A program made the translations under genes and the position numbers. From the NCBI GenBank assembly GCA_973895155.1, contig OZ316899.1, forward strand, positions 12,182,834-12,246,833: 64,000 nucleotides of DNA. The letters are read 5' to 3'. The DNA comes from Marsupella aquatica. Its lineage: Eukaryota > Plantae > Marchantiophyta. Positions within the stretch are counted from its first letter, which is position 1. Every line of letters begins with the position of its first letter. The notes below the pieces were generated by a model. That model did no database searches. It saw only the letters and a list, made by a program, of their open reading frames with translations, and was not told the DNA's origin. Shown in pieces: positions 25,304 through 39,145 of this stretch.

Positions 25304-28068
25304 CAACTCAGAATTTATCTGTAGACAGCTTGACCCCTTCTATGAGATCCCGCAAGAGGACCCTTCATGTTCAGCAAACCAACGGCTGATGAACTGAGAG
25401 TAGAATCTAATCAGCAAATTATTGATAAGTTAAGCAACTTATTGATCTGTGAACCTGAGGAGATAGTTGACTCTGTTGAGAGGTTAAGAGTAGCCTCTGT
25501 AACTCTGCCTGAACCTAGTAGTCCCGACTCTCCATACTCTCCAACCCAAGGTCCTACTCAGTTCTATCTTGAGGTGATGGAGCTATTTCGACCCACCTCC
25601 AATATTAGGGTTACAAATATTACTGAAGCTGAACCAATGGAGGAAAATGATGCATCACCCAGGTTAGAGCTTCAACAGACACTATCTGCCTCCCCAGGTC
25701 ACTCTGCTGAACACTATTCTACTCTTGTCAATAAAATGACTGACATGCTGGAGTGTGATGAGAGACACTTAATTGATGTCTTAGATGATCTTCTACATAA
25801 GACATCAGCTTTACTTACCCAAGACCATCATCGAGAATATTGTGAGGATTTAGTCCACAAGCTTACACAGATTTTTGGATGCAGCACCAAGCAAGTCTAT
25901 TATGCTATCCGTTATCATACCTCAGCATCTGGCTCTCCCATTTACTATTCTACCCCTCCTTCTAGTCATTCACCCCCCTCTCCTTACAGTCCTTCAAATC
26001 AACCAGACGAGCTCTATCCTAGTTTTCCAGAACCTGAGATCACACCTATAGGTGAACATCTTGCCATTTCTTATCCTGACATCCTTCCACCAGGTCAAGA
26101 TAAATCCTGCCAAGTCCATTTCATTCCTACACTCCATATTGACCCTAAAACCCCTCAGGAGAATATTACACAATTTGCTGAGTTTGTCAGAGTTTCAGAC
26201 CTTAGAACTCCTCCCATTTTAGAGTTTTGGCAGTACTATCATAAGAAGAGAGTTGAATGTCTCTATATCCTAAAGCTTCATCTGAAGGATGTCACCCGCC
26301 TAGAGATAGCAGAGATGGATGAGATCTGGACAGAGGCTAAATATTTTTGCCCTATTCTTGCTGTCATGATCCTGGTTGGACACATTATACTGGAGAATGG
26401 AGATCTGACCCTGGCATACTTTGGGAATTTACCTGCCTATGTCTTGGAATTCATCATCAACTTTTTGAGACAAACCAACAAACGATATCAGGTCGACCAT
26501 GGTGTCCTACCAGAGGAACCTTTTGTTGTTCAACAATTTATCTCACCAGTTGCTGAGAGTCAAAGAATCTGGAACAACATCACTTCCCAGCGGTTGGCTG
26601 ATTACACCCTGAAGTGGCGGGAACTGTTACCTAGTGTCACTCCACTTCTATCACATGCCAAGGACTCTGACACCTTCATCAACAAGTTTCCACGCAACTA
26701 CCACACCACTTGTTGTAGTTATGATCTGGTTGGCATCTATATGCAAGCTAGCAAGGTGAACACTATGTTTCACAGGAGACTACTCCTCATTCTAAATGCT
26801 GAACGACAAATCAGGTCTCTTCCATTTGCTTGACATGATACGCAGGTTATGGATTTCCTTTGAGAGGTGATTCAAACTGAGATATTCAGGAGTTTTCAAC
26901 AACTGGACCAGTCAGCACTACTTCAGGAGGATTGACCTATTCCATCCTTTGAGTCAAGATTAGTCAATCTCCACTATTTTTGTTAAATAGTTATCATAGA
27001 TAGAAAAGTCTCATATTTTTCCACAAGGTAGCTCTTATGTAACAGATCCACCCCTGAAAGTATCGCCCAAAACCGACATGTAGTTTAGAAGTTATAGAAT
27101 TTTTAGTTTTGCAGTGGCGTGAGTGCGCAAAGGCACAACGGCGCTACTATGCCAAAGTGCAAAGGTGCAACGGCGCTTCCGACACTTAGAAAATTTTCCG
27201 GAAAAGTGTATTTTATATCCGATAGCACTTTTCACCGATTTTATTAAGGCACTTAGACACCTCAAAAAAGTCTGAAATTTGGCCAGCATGTAGCATGTAT
27301 GTAAATCTAGAAAAGTTTCACCCTATTATGACCTTTATGTTAGAAATTAAAATTCCAACAAACTCACTATTTGTTAGTTTTACCGCAAAAGTGCAAAAAC
27401 ACTTTCACTCCAGTTTACACCAGGGATAACTTCTGATTAGTTTTTCATTCCAACAGCATTCTAGTGAACCTTGAGTACTCTTGTAACATATTTTCATACT
27501 TTTTACTTTAGTTTATGACCCTTAAGATATGAAAGGGCATGTCTTTTCATTATCTCTTTTCCCTTTAGTTCCTGCTAGCCTATATGTAGTAGACTTTATG
27601 TCACTTTTTGTGTGAAGAAATTTCATGAGCGCTCAGTTGCAAGATTGTAACTTTGTTACCTCCATTTGTAGCAAGCACTCTATTGCATATGAGTACTTAA
27701 TACAAAAGAATTCTTCCCCCTTCAAGTCTAAATGAATGAGAAGTTTAGACCCTTGAAGTAAAATTATTGTGATTGTTAAATCTTTTGAGTATGTGGACAT
27801 AGATTCCTTGTTGGTGATGTTTCACATATTCCTTAGTTCTTGATGCATAGTTTTTGACGTGACATTGCTTGTGCACAGGATGCAAAGATTGTTACTTACC
27901 AATTACTTATGGCTTCAAATTTGATCATGATGGTGTCTCTTATTGTGATGCCGTGCCAAGATCACGAAGTACTTAGTTAAGCCTAAAATAATGGCTAAAT
28001 AAAGATTAGGTAGATATAATTAGGGAGTTTTAAAGATCAAAGTCGATTTCAATATGTTCGGGGGAAAT

Positions 28069-31000
28069 TGTGATGGGATCTGATCCAACGGTCGCGATTA
28101 AGTAGGATTAGGGTTATGACCTAATCAAGGCTTGATCACGCAAGCCATCAGGAGGCGGCTTAGTAGGGAGGGGACCGACACTCTGTACACTAGTGCAATT
28201 GCTTGTTCGATCAACCTAGAGAGGTGGAATCAGCTGCCGATCGAACGGGGGAGGTGGTTTGAGAAATTGTGCAGGTTCTTGACATTCGGTGGAATGAACA
28301 CGGTGAATCAGGCAGGGAAGTTTTGGGGCTGTTTGCTTGAAGAAGCAAGGCAGCTGATACCTACGTATGAAGACGTTGAGCCGGAGCGCGCAGCTAGAGA
28401 ACGAGCAGAGCTTGCGCGATTGTGGGGAATTCACAAATCGGCATTCGTAGATACGGAGGAGGTATTGGAAAAGTTCTCGTGGACACCCACCAATGCGGAG
28501 CTTGACGAATTGCTAATTCGGGAGAATAAGGTCGTGGGGATCAGGGAGGCAATCAAGAATGCCGGGCAACCACTTTGGGAATTGAAGGGTCACACTGCAA
28601 AGTGGACGAAGGTAGCTATTCTTGGGGAGTATTCAGGCGCTGAAGAGATGAAGCGCAAGGGAGGTTCGGCATCTGCAACTCCAGCAAAGTGAACTAGGTT
28701 GGAGAGACCAACAAAGATGGAATCTGGGCCAATTAGGGATCGGGCTGTAGAAGATAAAAACATGACAGGGTGGGCGAACAGGTTACCTGTCGATTTACAA
28801 TTACAGTTCGCAAGAGATGAGGATGAGGTCTTCAGTGCCGTTCAGGATAACAAATATGCAGGATATATGAATGACACTGGGTTGGAGGGCTTTGTCAGGT
28901 TGCCCTGGAGAATGGTAGACATACCGGATGAGGATCTGTTGGACTTTGTGGGATGCTGGGAGGCTTCTTCCAACACAACGCTGATGTATGGAAAGGTGTT
29001 CGAATTAACTCCTGCGCTTATCGAAGCCGTGTTCGCTTTACCAACAGGAAGGAAAACAAAGGTGGAGCAGAGGAAGACGTTACTGGACGACCAGTTCAGG
29101 TCATTTCCAGGGCCTTCCACTAAGAATGGGTTTTTCAGGAATCAATGTACCAACCCACATATAGGGCAGCTGATTGATTTCCTGAGAGTCACATTGCATT
29201 GTACCTTTCCGAGAGCAGAAATCGGCAAAGCCCAGGTATTTTTGGTGGAGAATATCGATGCAAGCCGAGACTACAACGGCTATCTCTTAATGCAGTTAAA
29301 GAAGGCATTAAACAAAGAGAAGCAGAGCATTGGGGAGGGAGCGGTATCCAGACTAGGGTACCATCTGCAATTGCTTTGCCGTTATGCAAGAAGCCAGTCT
29401 TTTGCACCAGTGTTGCCTATACAGGAGCGGATGCAGATCACTGCACCACTTGAGGAAGTGGAGGAGGACGAGGAGCCTCTAAACATACGACGCCACGGGA
29501 GGAGGTCGGCAACACAGGCAACACGAGAACGGGAGCATTCCCCTATCAAGGAGCCAGAGGTAGTAACATATGATGTAGTGAGAAATCCGTTACGCCGGCC
29601 TACTTGCAATAATCCATATGCAGGCATCCAGTTGGTCGAGAGGAAGATGATTGCCGAAGAGAGAAAGAAATATGACGAGCGAATGGATTCAGAGACAGAC
29701 GAGGAGGTAACCCGAGGCTAGGAGAGGCCGGTAGTAAAAGCTTCTAACAGAGCCCAAGTAAATGGATCCGTGGTGGAAGGTCAACCAACTGCAGCCCAAC
29801 AATTTTCAGAGGAGGAGATTGGGGGCTTTGGAGGAGAGGCCGGCATGTTAGGAAGTCAGGTCAATGTGGATGATTACGACGACGACTATGTTGATCATGG
29901 GGAGAGGCCGGTCCCAGGAGTTAGAACGATGGGAAGGTTTTGTAGAAGACTTCCCGCGGTCTTCTATGGCAAACCGGAGGACCAGAAAACACCAGAATCT
30001 CCTCCACCAGATGTGACACCATTGGAATTTGACAAGATGAAGGAAGCTGAAGCCGGGCTACATGAGAAGATTAAGGAGTGGGGGGCCCGGAATGCAAAAC
30101 ACGAATGCCAGCTACCAGGAGGTGAGTGGCCAGAAGGAATAAGACGGCTTAGTGAGAGGCAAGCCGAACCTCTCACTAACTTTGACCAATTACGGGTTGA
30201 AGCTTGGGAGAGACGACCTCGATGGCAAATGCCAGTATCACCTGGGAGGTCAAACTATGCAAGAAATTGGGCTAAGGAGTATGGAGACATGTGTGGACTC
30301 TTAGCCTTAGAAATCTTTGGCAACGAGTTGGAATCCGGGCCATTTCTTAGAAAAGAAATGGCTGATCAGACGAGACTGGAGGAGGCAATGACATTGGAGC
30401 GATTGAAGAAGGAGGAAGTAATCGCTCGGCTTCGCTCCATGGAGGCCAAAGTTGCTAAGACGAAGTCTGCTCAACCAACTCAACAGGATCTCTTGGCTAG
30501 GCAACAGGAATTGGAGGTGGCAAACAACCAATTGGAAAACTACCAATTAGATAACCAGCAGATCAAGGAAAAGTTGACAAAGATAGAGCTGGAGTTAGCC
30601 AATTCAAAAGTAGAGGTACAGGGTTTAAATCGCCAAGTTGAGAGGCTCAGAAAGACGGCTAAGGAGCAGGCCACCCAGAGCAAAAAGGCCTTGGTAGAAG
30701 CCCAAAGGAAGTATGATAAGTTACTCGACCGGTTGGAGACCATGCGTGAGAAGCATGATGACGCCATGTGCACGGCGGCCAATGATCACCTAAACCGGGT
30801 TCAACAGATACGCAAGGAGCTTCAGGAGGAGCTAACCAGGACAAAGCAGGCATGGACGAACGAGGTCACAAAACTGGAAGGTATCAACGACTCCTTGAAA
30901 GCAGCCGTAGATAAGCAAGAGTTGGAGATCGTACAGATCTTAAATGAGGAGTTGAAGACGGCCAGGGCCGAGATACTACGGCTTAACGATGAAGTTGAAG

Positions 31001-32702
31001 ACGTATCTCAAGAATTGGAGGATGCCAAGGATAAAATGATCAGGCTGCAGAGGCGTGCCGACAATCAAACGCAGAAATTGAAGAGGTATGCCGAAGCGGG
31101 ATATGGGTCACCAACTGAAAGGCTTCCCGAAAGTAGTATGGTAGGCGGAAATATAGTGAAGCCGAAGCCGAAGTCAAGCTCTCTGTTGTCAAGTGTGACT
31201 GGGGGCAAAGCCATGCAGTTGGTGGCAGACTTGGCAAAGACGTTCATGGGGCCAGGCGATAATAAAGTTAAAACCCTTAAAGCCACTCCGGAGGAAGTCA
31301 AGAGCATGGCTGCTCACATTTGTGGTACTGTGGCCCTGAAGGCAGCAGTGGTAGAGGTAAGTACTGCGGATCAACTTGGAGCTGCAGTAACAGGTTTAGA
31401 CAATGGTACTGCTTCTATGGACACATAGAACGTGAAACCGTGGGTTATCAAGACCGAGCGCATCGGGGAAAAGGCTTGGATTGAGGAAGTTAAGGCAAAG
31501 GCTCTCCAAGCCGTTTCCCAGGAGGATGCGGATGTAGATGCAGATGCCAATGTCGAGACCGATGCCGGGGCCGGCAAAATAGAAGCCGAAGGGGTCGGGC
31601 CGGGGCCAATGGCAGGAGAAGGTGCAGAGTCGGAAGATTCGGACTTACCCCCGGTCATCTGACAATTAAGGAGGGCCAGTCATTGGTTGGAAGGAGGACG
31701 TGGCGGCAGGAGGAGGGCTTGGGCCAGAAGGGCGCGGCAGTTGTAGGATGGGACAGGGCAAGTAGCGCCCTGTCGGCTTAGATAGTAGTAGATGCTCGGT
31801 TCACACAGGGTTCCGGGCTATTCAAGTTTTTAGGTGATAGTTTTATTTTAGGATTATCGCGGTGGAAGGCCGTGTGTGGTGGTTAGGATCTCTGTTGTTT
31901 TTTTTGAAAGCGCTGCAAGGATAAAAACCTGGGCAGCGTGGTTTCAGGGGCTTTTTCTTAGTCAAGGCTTTAGTGTTAATCTGTAGTGTTGTAAACACAA
32001 GAAGCTCTCGGCTAAATCTAGACCGCAGGGTATCAGTAAACCACCAGTTCCCTTGGATTTATGAGCAATTGTTTGAATTGAGTTGGCCTCGTTGCATAGT
32101 TCGCAGATTCTTGCCATCCAAGAAGTTGAGTGTTATGATATCTGTTGCTTGATCGATTTGAGTCAGATAGGGTGAACTGTTGAGCAAAATACAATTGCAT
32201 TGCCTTGATTGGAGACTGCCCAAATCAAACTCTGAGAGAAAAGTGAGGATTGAGAGTGTTAGTCGGTGAAGTGTGGGTTGAGTCAGTCTGAAAAAGACCT
32301 TCAGCCGGCTTAAGAAATTAAGCCGTAGAGGTACATTCCGGGGGCGAAATACAAATATACCTGAAGAAGTTAAAGAGGAATTAGGTGTCTCAGTTGTGCA
32401 CAATTCACAAGCCCAGTGAAAGAATCGGTCCGGTAAGTGTGGACCCAAGGAGAGTATCGCGTTTCCAAGCTGAATAGCTGCCGTAAGGAAAGAGGACCGA
32501 CATAACCAAGTGGTTTATGATCGGTTGAGGGTAGTTCTCGGTGTTAGAGGTCTTGGGAATCGTGCCACACTTATTCATGACACAAAGTACCGATTGGATA
32601 CAGAAGTGATTGATTACTAGTCTCCACTCAGTACCTTGGAAGGAAAAGTTGAGACATGTTGACGGCATTTTAGTAATCATCCTAGTACCGTAATCCTTTC
32701 CA
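28069..32702 (+). mobile_element. 4.6-kb solo-LTR-like unit carrying a long ORF
   Basis: TG (TGTGATGGGAT) ... CA (ATCCTTTCCA) ends; 5-bp TSD GAAAT at 28064-28068 and 32703-32707; no gag/pol inside. Confidence 0.75.
28132..31662 (+). pseudogene. ~1170-codon LTR-encoded accessory protein (conserved LPW/FALP domain plus long coiled coil), three in-frame stops
   Basis: ORFs 28132, 28699, 29770 and 31432 are in one frame, separated by TGA/TAG/TAG; homologous to 33039-36758 and 58065-59965. Confidence 0.8.
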
Positions 32703-33038
32703 GAAATGTTCTTGCAGATATACCACCTAAATCATATCAAATGAAGTTATGTTGAGGAGTAACCTTGGTTGTTTCCTAACTCCCTCACCATACCTCAAGA
32801 TTTTCATTGTGTTTTGTTAATTGTTTCCATTTGTTAATTTTATTTACAATGTTAAGCAAACATTCAAAACTATGCCTTGCTGAGCAACCAAAGTAAAAGG
32901 CTCACCTTTGTGTTTTTGTTACTTAAGTCATTCATAAGTGCTAAATCATAGAAAATCATTCCTTACATGTTCTTCCATGGGAACGAATACCGAGTTTTGG
33001 ATCTTAAATGTTTATTTATGTCCCTAGTGTGATACTAC

Positions 33039-36000
33039 AAAAAGAGCAGCCCGAGAACAATAGGAGCTTGCTCGGCTGTGGGATTTTTAGAAGTCTGCTT
33101 TTTTAGGAGGAAAGTTCATCAAGGCGGAATTCTTGTGGACACCTACTGCCGATGAGCTTGACGATCTTCTAATTCAAGAGAACAGAATCATCGGCATTTG
33201 TCAAGCCATCAACAACTTCAACGACAAACATTGGGACTTGAAGGGTTGCACGGAGACGTGGACAAAAGCAACAGTGTTGGGGGAATCGTCAGGAGCGGCC
33301 AAAATGAAAAGGAAGATGGCCATCAACAAAGGAACCACACTAGCCAAAAGGACAAGGTTGACAGCATCAAGAAGGTTGTCCGAGCAAGGAAGACATAGGC
33401 AAGAGGAAGCCAAGGAACAAGAGGTTGACCTAGTCAATGCCTCAACCAAGATCTACAGGAGGGACTTCTGTCTCACTCCCAAGGTGATAGCTGAAGTATT
33501 TGGCTTGCCAATGGGCAACAAGACCAAGGTAGAAACCCAAAAGAACTTGCTGGACAAGGAGTTTAGATCGTTCCCGGGGCCATCAACAAAGAATGGCTTC
33601 TTCCGAACCACCTACACCAACCCGCACATTGGAGAAATGATTGATTTCTTGCGGGTAACAATGCATTGCAACTTTCTAAGACTAGAGATCGGCAAGGCAT
33701 AGGTTTACTTGGTAGAGAGGCCAGACCCAAGCCGGGACTACAACGAGTACCTCCTCAACCAACTGAAGAAAATACTGAGGGAGGAACAGCAAGTGATAAG
33801 CCAGGGGAGCGTGTTCCGGCTGGTTATCATATGCCGCTTTTGTGCCGATATGCTAAAGTCAAATCTTTGCACCAATACTTCCCCTGTAGGCAAGGGCAAC
33901 GGAAGAGGAGTTGGAGCCAAGGCCGGCAGCAAGGAAACCCAAACCGCCCGGCAACCCCACGATATTGCAGATCTTTAGGCCAACGCCAGTACCCAAGCCG
34001 ATGCATCAACCGGCCATGCAGAACCTCTTGCAGATGATCCAAAAGGAGAAAATGGCAACGGTAGCAAAGGCACCGGCCCAGGGCATGGTTGGGGTGGGAA
34101 GCACCGGAAGACCCACCAAACCAGATTCGTTTGTTGGGCCGTAGAGAGGAGGAGGCCGGAAGACGAGACGGGGGTGCGGACTCCCAAGGGAGCCTTGAGA
34201 CCGGAACCCAAAGGACAAGGGCCCAGGTTCCTAGTCATGATGAGGAGAGAAGAAGGCGGGTGTGGGAGTCAGAGGAGAGAATCACACACCTGCACAGTAC
34301 CTGATAGGATGCCGCATTTGCGGCTAGCACAAGAGAGGATCCGCAGGCACCAGTACTCCAGGCCGGAAGGGAGGGCGTTGTCGCGAGGACTTAAAGTTAG
34401 GGGCTCCTTGGGCAAACTATGCATTTTTGGCTGCGATTGGGACAGGTGACAAGCACTTTTCGAAGTGAACTCTCACTCCTTTATATTTTTTTACTTTTCT
34501 CACAAAGGTTACAATAGGTGCCCTCGAGTAAGCTTGCCCGCAAGAGTCTGGTAGCTGGCCCTACGGCGGGCCGCTACCTCTAACTTGTTGAGTAGAACTC
34601 CTGGAGTGACTAACTACTCAAAATCTGACGGAAAAACTATCCTCCTTAGCTCACAAAACCAAAACTTGACTAGCTACTCCACTAGTCTAAAACAGCTCAC
34701 ACGGAACTCGGGCCTGGACCAACAAGGCTCCCAACTCAAGAAATCCCTGCCTGGATCGACGAGGCTCCAAACTTGAGAAATCCCCGCCTGGATCCAAAAC
34801 TCCACACCTGGATCCAACACTTGCCCAAAACTCCAAAACCGCCGCACAATAGTTGAGTTCTGCAGAACGGAGCGAAACTCACAAAACGCAACTCAACAGA
34901 TCTCAATAGACAACCGCCAACCTCAATGAGCCGAGGCTCAAGTCTTAAGTAGCATTGGATGAGCCAGCCGCCATCAGCGAGGCTCATCCAAACTCCAAGC
35001 CTGGTGACTAACCCAAACACCAAACCTGGTGACGACGAGTCACCCAATCACCAAACCTCAATCCATCCAACCAAGCAGCCCCTCCGAGTTAGCATGCACG
35101 CAACCCAATCGGGAGGCCTCGCCCATCATCCCCTATAAAAGCCATTCCTGAGCCAAAATCTTTTGGCACGACAGCATGGAGGAATACAATGAGGATGATT
35201 TTGGCTACGGGTCAGATTGTTTGGTACCAAGGGTGCGGACCTGTGGCTGTTTCATTCCCACACTTCCAAGAGTGGTGTGTGGGGACCCGCAACAACAGAA
35301 AAGCCCAGAGTCTCCCCCACCAGATGTCCCTCCGCCAAATTACAATGGGAGAAAACAGGCCGACCAAGAGTTGCAAGAGCAACTACGGGAATTGGAGAGG
35401 GCAACCCTAGCCAAGGAGAAGGATTTTCCAGGCGGAGGATGGCCGGAGGAATTTGGCCGCTTGCAGAGAACCAAGCTGGGCCCTTGCCCACGTTTGACAA
35501 GATCCAAAGGGCAACCTGGGAACAAAGGCCGCGTTGGGAGATGCCGGCATCTCCTAACCACTCCACCTATGCACGTTCTAGAGCCCTGGAGTATGGGAGG
35601 ATGTGCGGAGTACTAGCCCTTGATGTCTTTGGCGAGGAGTTAGAGACGGGGCCTTTTCTCAATAGAGGTTGGAGAAAAGCGGGTTGGAGGAAGCACTAGC
35701 CTTGGAGAGGATGAAAAAGGAGGAAGTCATCCTACGGCTTAGAGAAAATGAAGTCGAGGCTGGAGATCCAAAGGCCGCCAAGCTGACTGGGGACAAGCTA
35801 CAGGTCAAGAAATAAACATCATGCAAAAGCAATTGGATACGGCCAAGGCTGATACCCAGTTAATTGAGAGTCAACTCGCCTAGACCCAGGGGCATTTGGC
35901 CAAAGCCCGTAAGGAGAAGGAGAAGTGGAAGCAGGAGCTTAAAAATGCGGAAGCAACTCACCTAACGTCCTTCAACAAAGCCATGGTTGAGACACAGAGG

Positions 36001-36758
36001 AAGGAGCAGGCATATAAGGAGGAAATCAAAGAATTTCACAGGGCCCTCCATCAGAAAAAGGACAACTTTGATGACGCCTACAGGAGCATCGACAAGTTAA
36101 AAGAAGAACTCAAAACCTTGTTGGCCAACTTTCAAGCCAACCTACGTAAGAAGGATGACATGCTCGATCAAACCTCCTAGAAGATGAATGAGATTGAGTT
36201 TGATGTCGTCCATGAGCTCAACGCAGAGCTGAAAGCCACCCAAGAGGAGAGGGCGGCCTTACGGAAGGAGTTGGACAAAAGCCTAAAGGAGTTGGAAGAG
36301 GCTCGCGAGGATTTTGGATGAGACCCTGGAGGAGTTGGAGGACGCCACGCGGAAATTGGAGAACTTTCAGAGGCGGGCGGACAACCAAATGGAGCAATTG
36401 AAGAAACTGTCCAAGGAGTTAAATCGGCAGGCTGCAACAAGTGGACCCCCGGTGCCGAGAACAGGGTTGTAGGGCGTGGTACTGACCAATCAACAAGCCG
36501 AGGTACCCTCACCTTTGCCGGAAGTAAGTAGCAAGGGGAAGGCACTGGTTGCCTGGGAAGTGGAGGACAAGAAGAAGCAAAAACCTTCTGGGTCAGGGAG
36601 CATCACGGTTCCTCAAGCCACAAAGGCTGAGGTAGAGAGTATGGCACCGGCCTTATGCAAGGTAGTGGCGGTCAAAGTGATAGTCTTGGAGGTCGGCCAA
36701 GAAGATCGGTTGGGTGAGGCCATGACGAGCACTGACTCAAGGTTGCCAATCATTGATC
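33039..36758 (+). pseudogene. Second, degraded copy of the LTR-encoded accessory protein
   Basis: WTPTADELDDLLIQEN, FRSFPGPSTKNGFFR..NPHIGEMIDFLRVTMHC, KSPESPPPDV, WEQRPRWEMP match the 28132-31662 protein; many stops and frameshifts; split by solo LTRs. Confidence 0.85.
34379..35173 (-). mobile_element. Solo LTR (~795 bp)
   Basis: TGTCG...CGACA termini; interrupts a reading frame that is contiguous in the 28132 homologue; second copy at 9225; flanks GCGT/GCAT (imperfect TSD). Orientation is inferred. Confidence 0.75.
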
Positions 36759-37051
36759 TGTTAGGTATTGCTCTTAGTCTTGTGACTCTATAGCTAACCG
36801 CAGTTAGTCTAACTCAGGTTAAGACTTAGCCAAGGTTAGCAATAGTGCTATTGTGTATATAGCCAAGGCTGGTGCCAGTCCCTGGTGAATCTTCAGTTCA
36901 TTGTTGGAGTTGAGCAAGAGAGAAGTAAAGGTCTCTTGCTTTCCCATGGATGTAGCCTCGGTCATGAGGTGAACCAGGTACTCGCTGTGTCAACTACTTT
37001 GTATGGTGTTCTCATGTGCATGGTGTCTCGGGATAGGGATTATCCCTAACA
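36759..37051 (+). mobile_element. Solo LTR, copia-like (293 bp)
   Basis: TGTTAGG...CCTAACA inverted ends; TSD TGATC/TGATT; size and start resemble the copia LTR at 52889. Confidence 0.8.
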
Positions 37052-37288
37052 TGATTGGCATCAACCGCAACCTTGGGAGGATGAGACAACCCAACCCATA
37101 GGACAAGCCTATGAGGAGGACCATTACGGCAAGATGGCCGATGCCGGGACTGACAATGTCAAAGCCGCAGGGGTGGACCCACCACTGCTAGAAGTCGGGG
37201 GAGTACAAGTCGGGGGAGCAGAAGTTGGGGAAGCAGATGCCAAGGTAGGAGTGGGGCGGTCACGCCAAGGATAGGTTGACTTAGTCAG

Positions 37289-37663
37289 GAGGGGTATAGC
37301 GACGGAGACAGGAAACAGGTAAACAGGATTTTTTTTTCCTGTTTTTAAATGCTGTTACCAGGAAAAAATCACTGTTACCAGGAAAAATGACAATTTAAAA
37401 ATGTCTCCTAAAACATGTTATTTCCAAAAGAAATTAACAATGCAACATTTTTGGCTAGCTTTGGGCGCTACTATTAGCAGCGCCGAGCGCTAGCAAAAAA
37501 AACTGGTCGACCGGAAAAAAAATTCAAAAAAAAAAATTCAAAAAAAATTCAAAAAAAATTCAAAAAAAATTTCCACCCATTTTCCTGTTACCAGTTTTTT
37601 TTCCTGTTACCAGTTTCTGTTATTAAATCTTGTTTCCTGTTTGCTGTCTTTTGTAAACACCTC
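37289..37663. mobile_element. MITE-like non-autonomous DNA element (~375 bp)
   Basis: Imperfect TIRs GAGGGGTATA / rc GAGGTGTTTA with inverted ACAGGAAACA motifs; internal (AAAAAAAATTC)n; flanks GTCAG/GTTAG. Confidence 0.55.
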
Positions 37664-39145
37664 GTTAGGAGCGGGTAACCTATCAGAAAATGGGATGCCT
37701 ACATTGGCTGTCGAGGAAGGATTGGCGGCGTCCATTGAGGGCCAGCCACCAGCATCATGATGGTGGAGGAGTGTCGTCCCTTTTAGGGAGGGCAAACGTG
37801 GAGGTAAAGGCATGAGTGGGCAGAGCGGGCGCGGACCTCCAAATTTAGAATTAGGATCAGGACCAAGAAGCGGCCCTGATACTTAGATTAGTGGGATTGC
37901 GGATCCACTGGTAAGAGCAACACTTGTGCTCTTGCCCCGCTGTGCATAGGTAGATTCCACTTAGAGGTAGATTTGGCTTACGCAACAAGGAAATGGGTAG
38001 GTGCGTTGCCACGATATATACCTATGCAACGGGGACTTCAGGGCCTTCTTCTTAAGCAAGTTTTTAGTGCACCAGCAAGGCTGGGATCAATTAGTAAAGA
38101 GAAGCTCTTGGTTAGTTATGCAGTGACCCTTGTGTATATATATTCATGTTTCCGCATGCCTAAGAGGTGAATAGAGTTGGCCTTATGGCTTAGTTTGCAG
38201 ACCTTGTGTATGAGAAGTACTCCTTGTATGGCAAGGGTCATTGTAGCGTGCGAGGAAACAGTAAAAAAATTCCTCGCACGGGATCATTTTCTCCTTGGAA
38301 TACCCAAAATTTGGCACGAAAACAACCTGGCTAGCAAAAAGTGACACTCGCTAGCCTAAAAGGAACCTTCTATTCCACCTATTTATTTAACTCCCGTTGG
38401 GTTTAAAAAGCAATCCCGACGATGCATTGGTACATATTATGTATTCCCTAGACACGAACGGTCGTCGACGGCACCATAATTAAACATATAATTCTACAGT
38501 ACATCAGGCCAGCGAAGTCGATAGCCATAACTCTGCCCATCATTCTCGCACAAAATACTCCGTGCGGTCATGACCCACACGAAAATCACTCATTAGAAAT
38601 CATGGGTGTAAACCGTTGCAGCAACAGCACTAAGCCGTATCATATCACGACAGAATCCAATGTCCCCTTCCTCATGAGTGAAGCGTGAAACGCAAAACCG
38701 TTTGAGAGGATCCGAGGCTCTGAAAATGCACTATATGTCATTCGGACCTCTCGACTCATCTCCATTCCTAACAGTGTTCTTATTATTTGACTTTCATCGT
38801 CTCCTCACTCTTTCGTGATCGTCTTCGCATCGCAGAGTAACTTCAATTGAGCTTGTGTTGTCATATCCGCGGGCGAGGAGGGGATCTGGTGTTCTCGGGT
38901 GTGTCGCATTCTTGCAAAGTTTTTGTCGCACAAAGAGATGTAAGTTTGATACGGGAAGACCTCTTCACAGCAAATAGTATTATTGTTCATGAGAAAGTCT
39001 GGTTTTCCCAGTTCTCTTTTTCCTTCTCATAGTTTTGCGCGTTTTGACTCGATGAGCTTGGATGTTTTGAATGTGACTGTTTCTATTTGGTAAACACATG
39101 TTGAGAAAGTAATCTGATACACAGAAGCGTTTGTTACAGACATAA

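Larger units (their letters stand above)
13420..26833 (+). pseudogene. Retroelement-associated accessory gene split by the CACTA insertion (13420-14406 and 25307-26833)
   Basis: Coding sequence stops at the left CACTA end and resumes after the right end. N-terminal LSKLLTLPWSV..FLKDF..VADAFDCP..LEFFIPILHP resembles the GLEGFVRLPW..LLDFV..IEAVFALP..IDFLRVTLH block at 28699; contains stops and frameshifts. Confidence 0.6.

Noticed and set aside
9973-33038. Single intact LTR retrotransposon
   Set aside because: TG...CA candidate ends exist, but flanks differ (GACGG/AAAAG), no LTR pair and no gag/pol.
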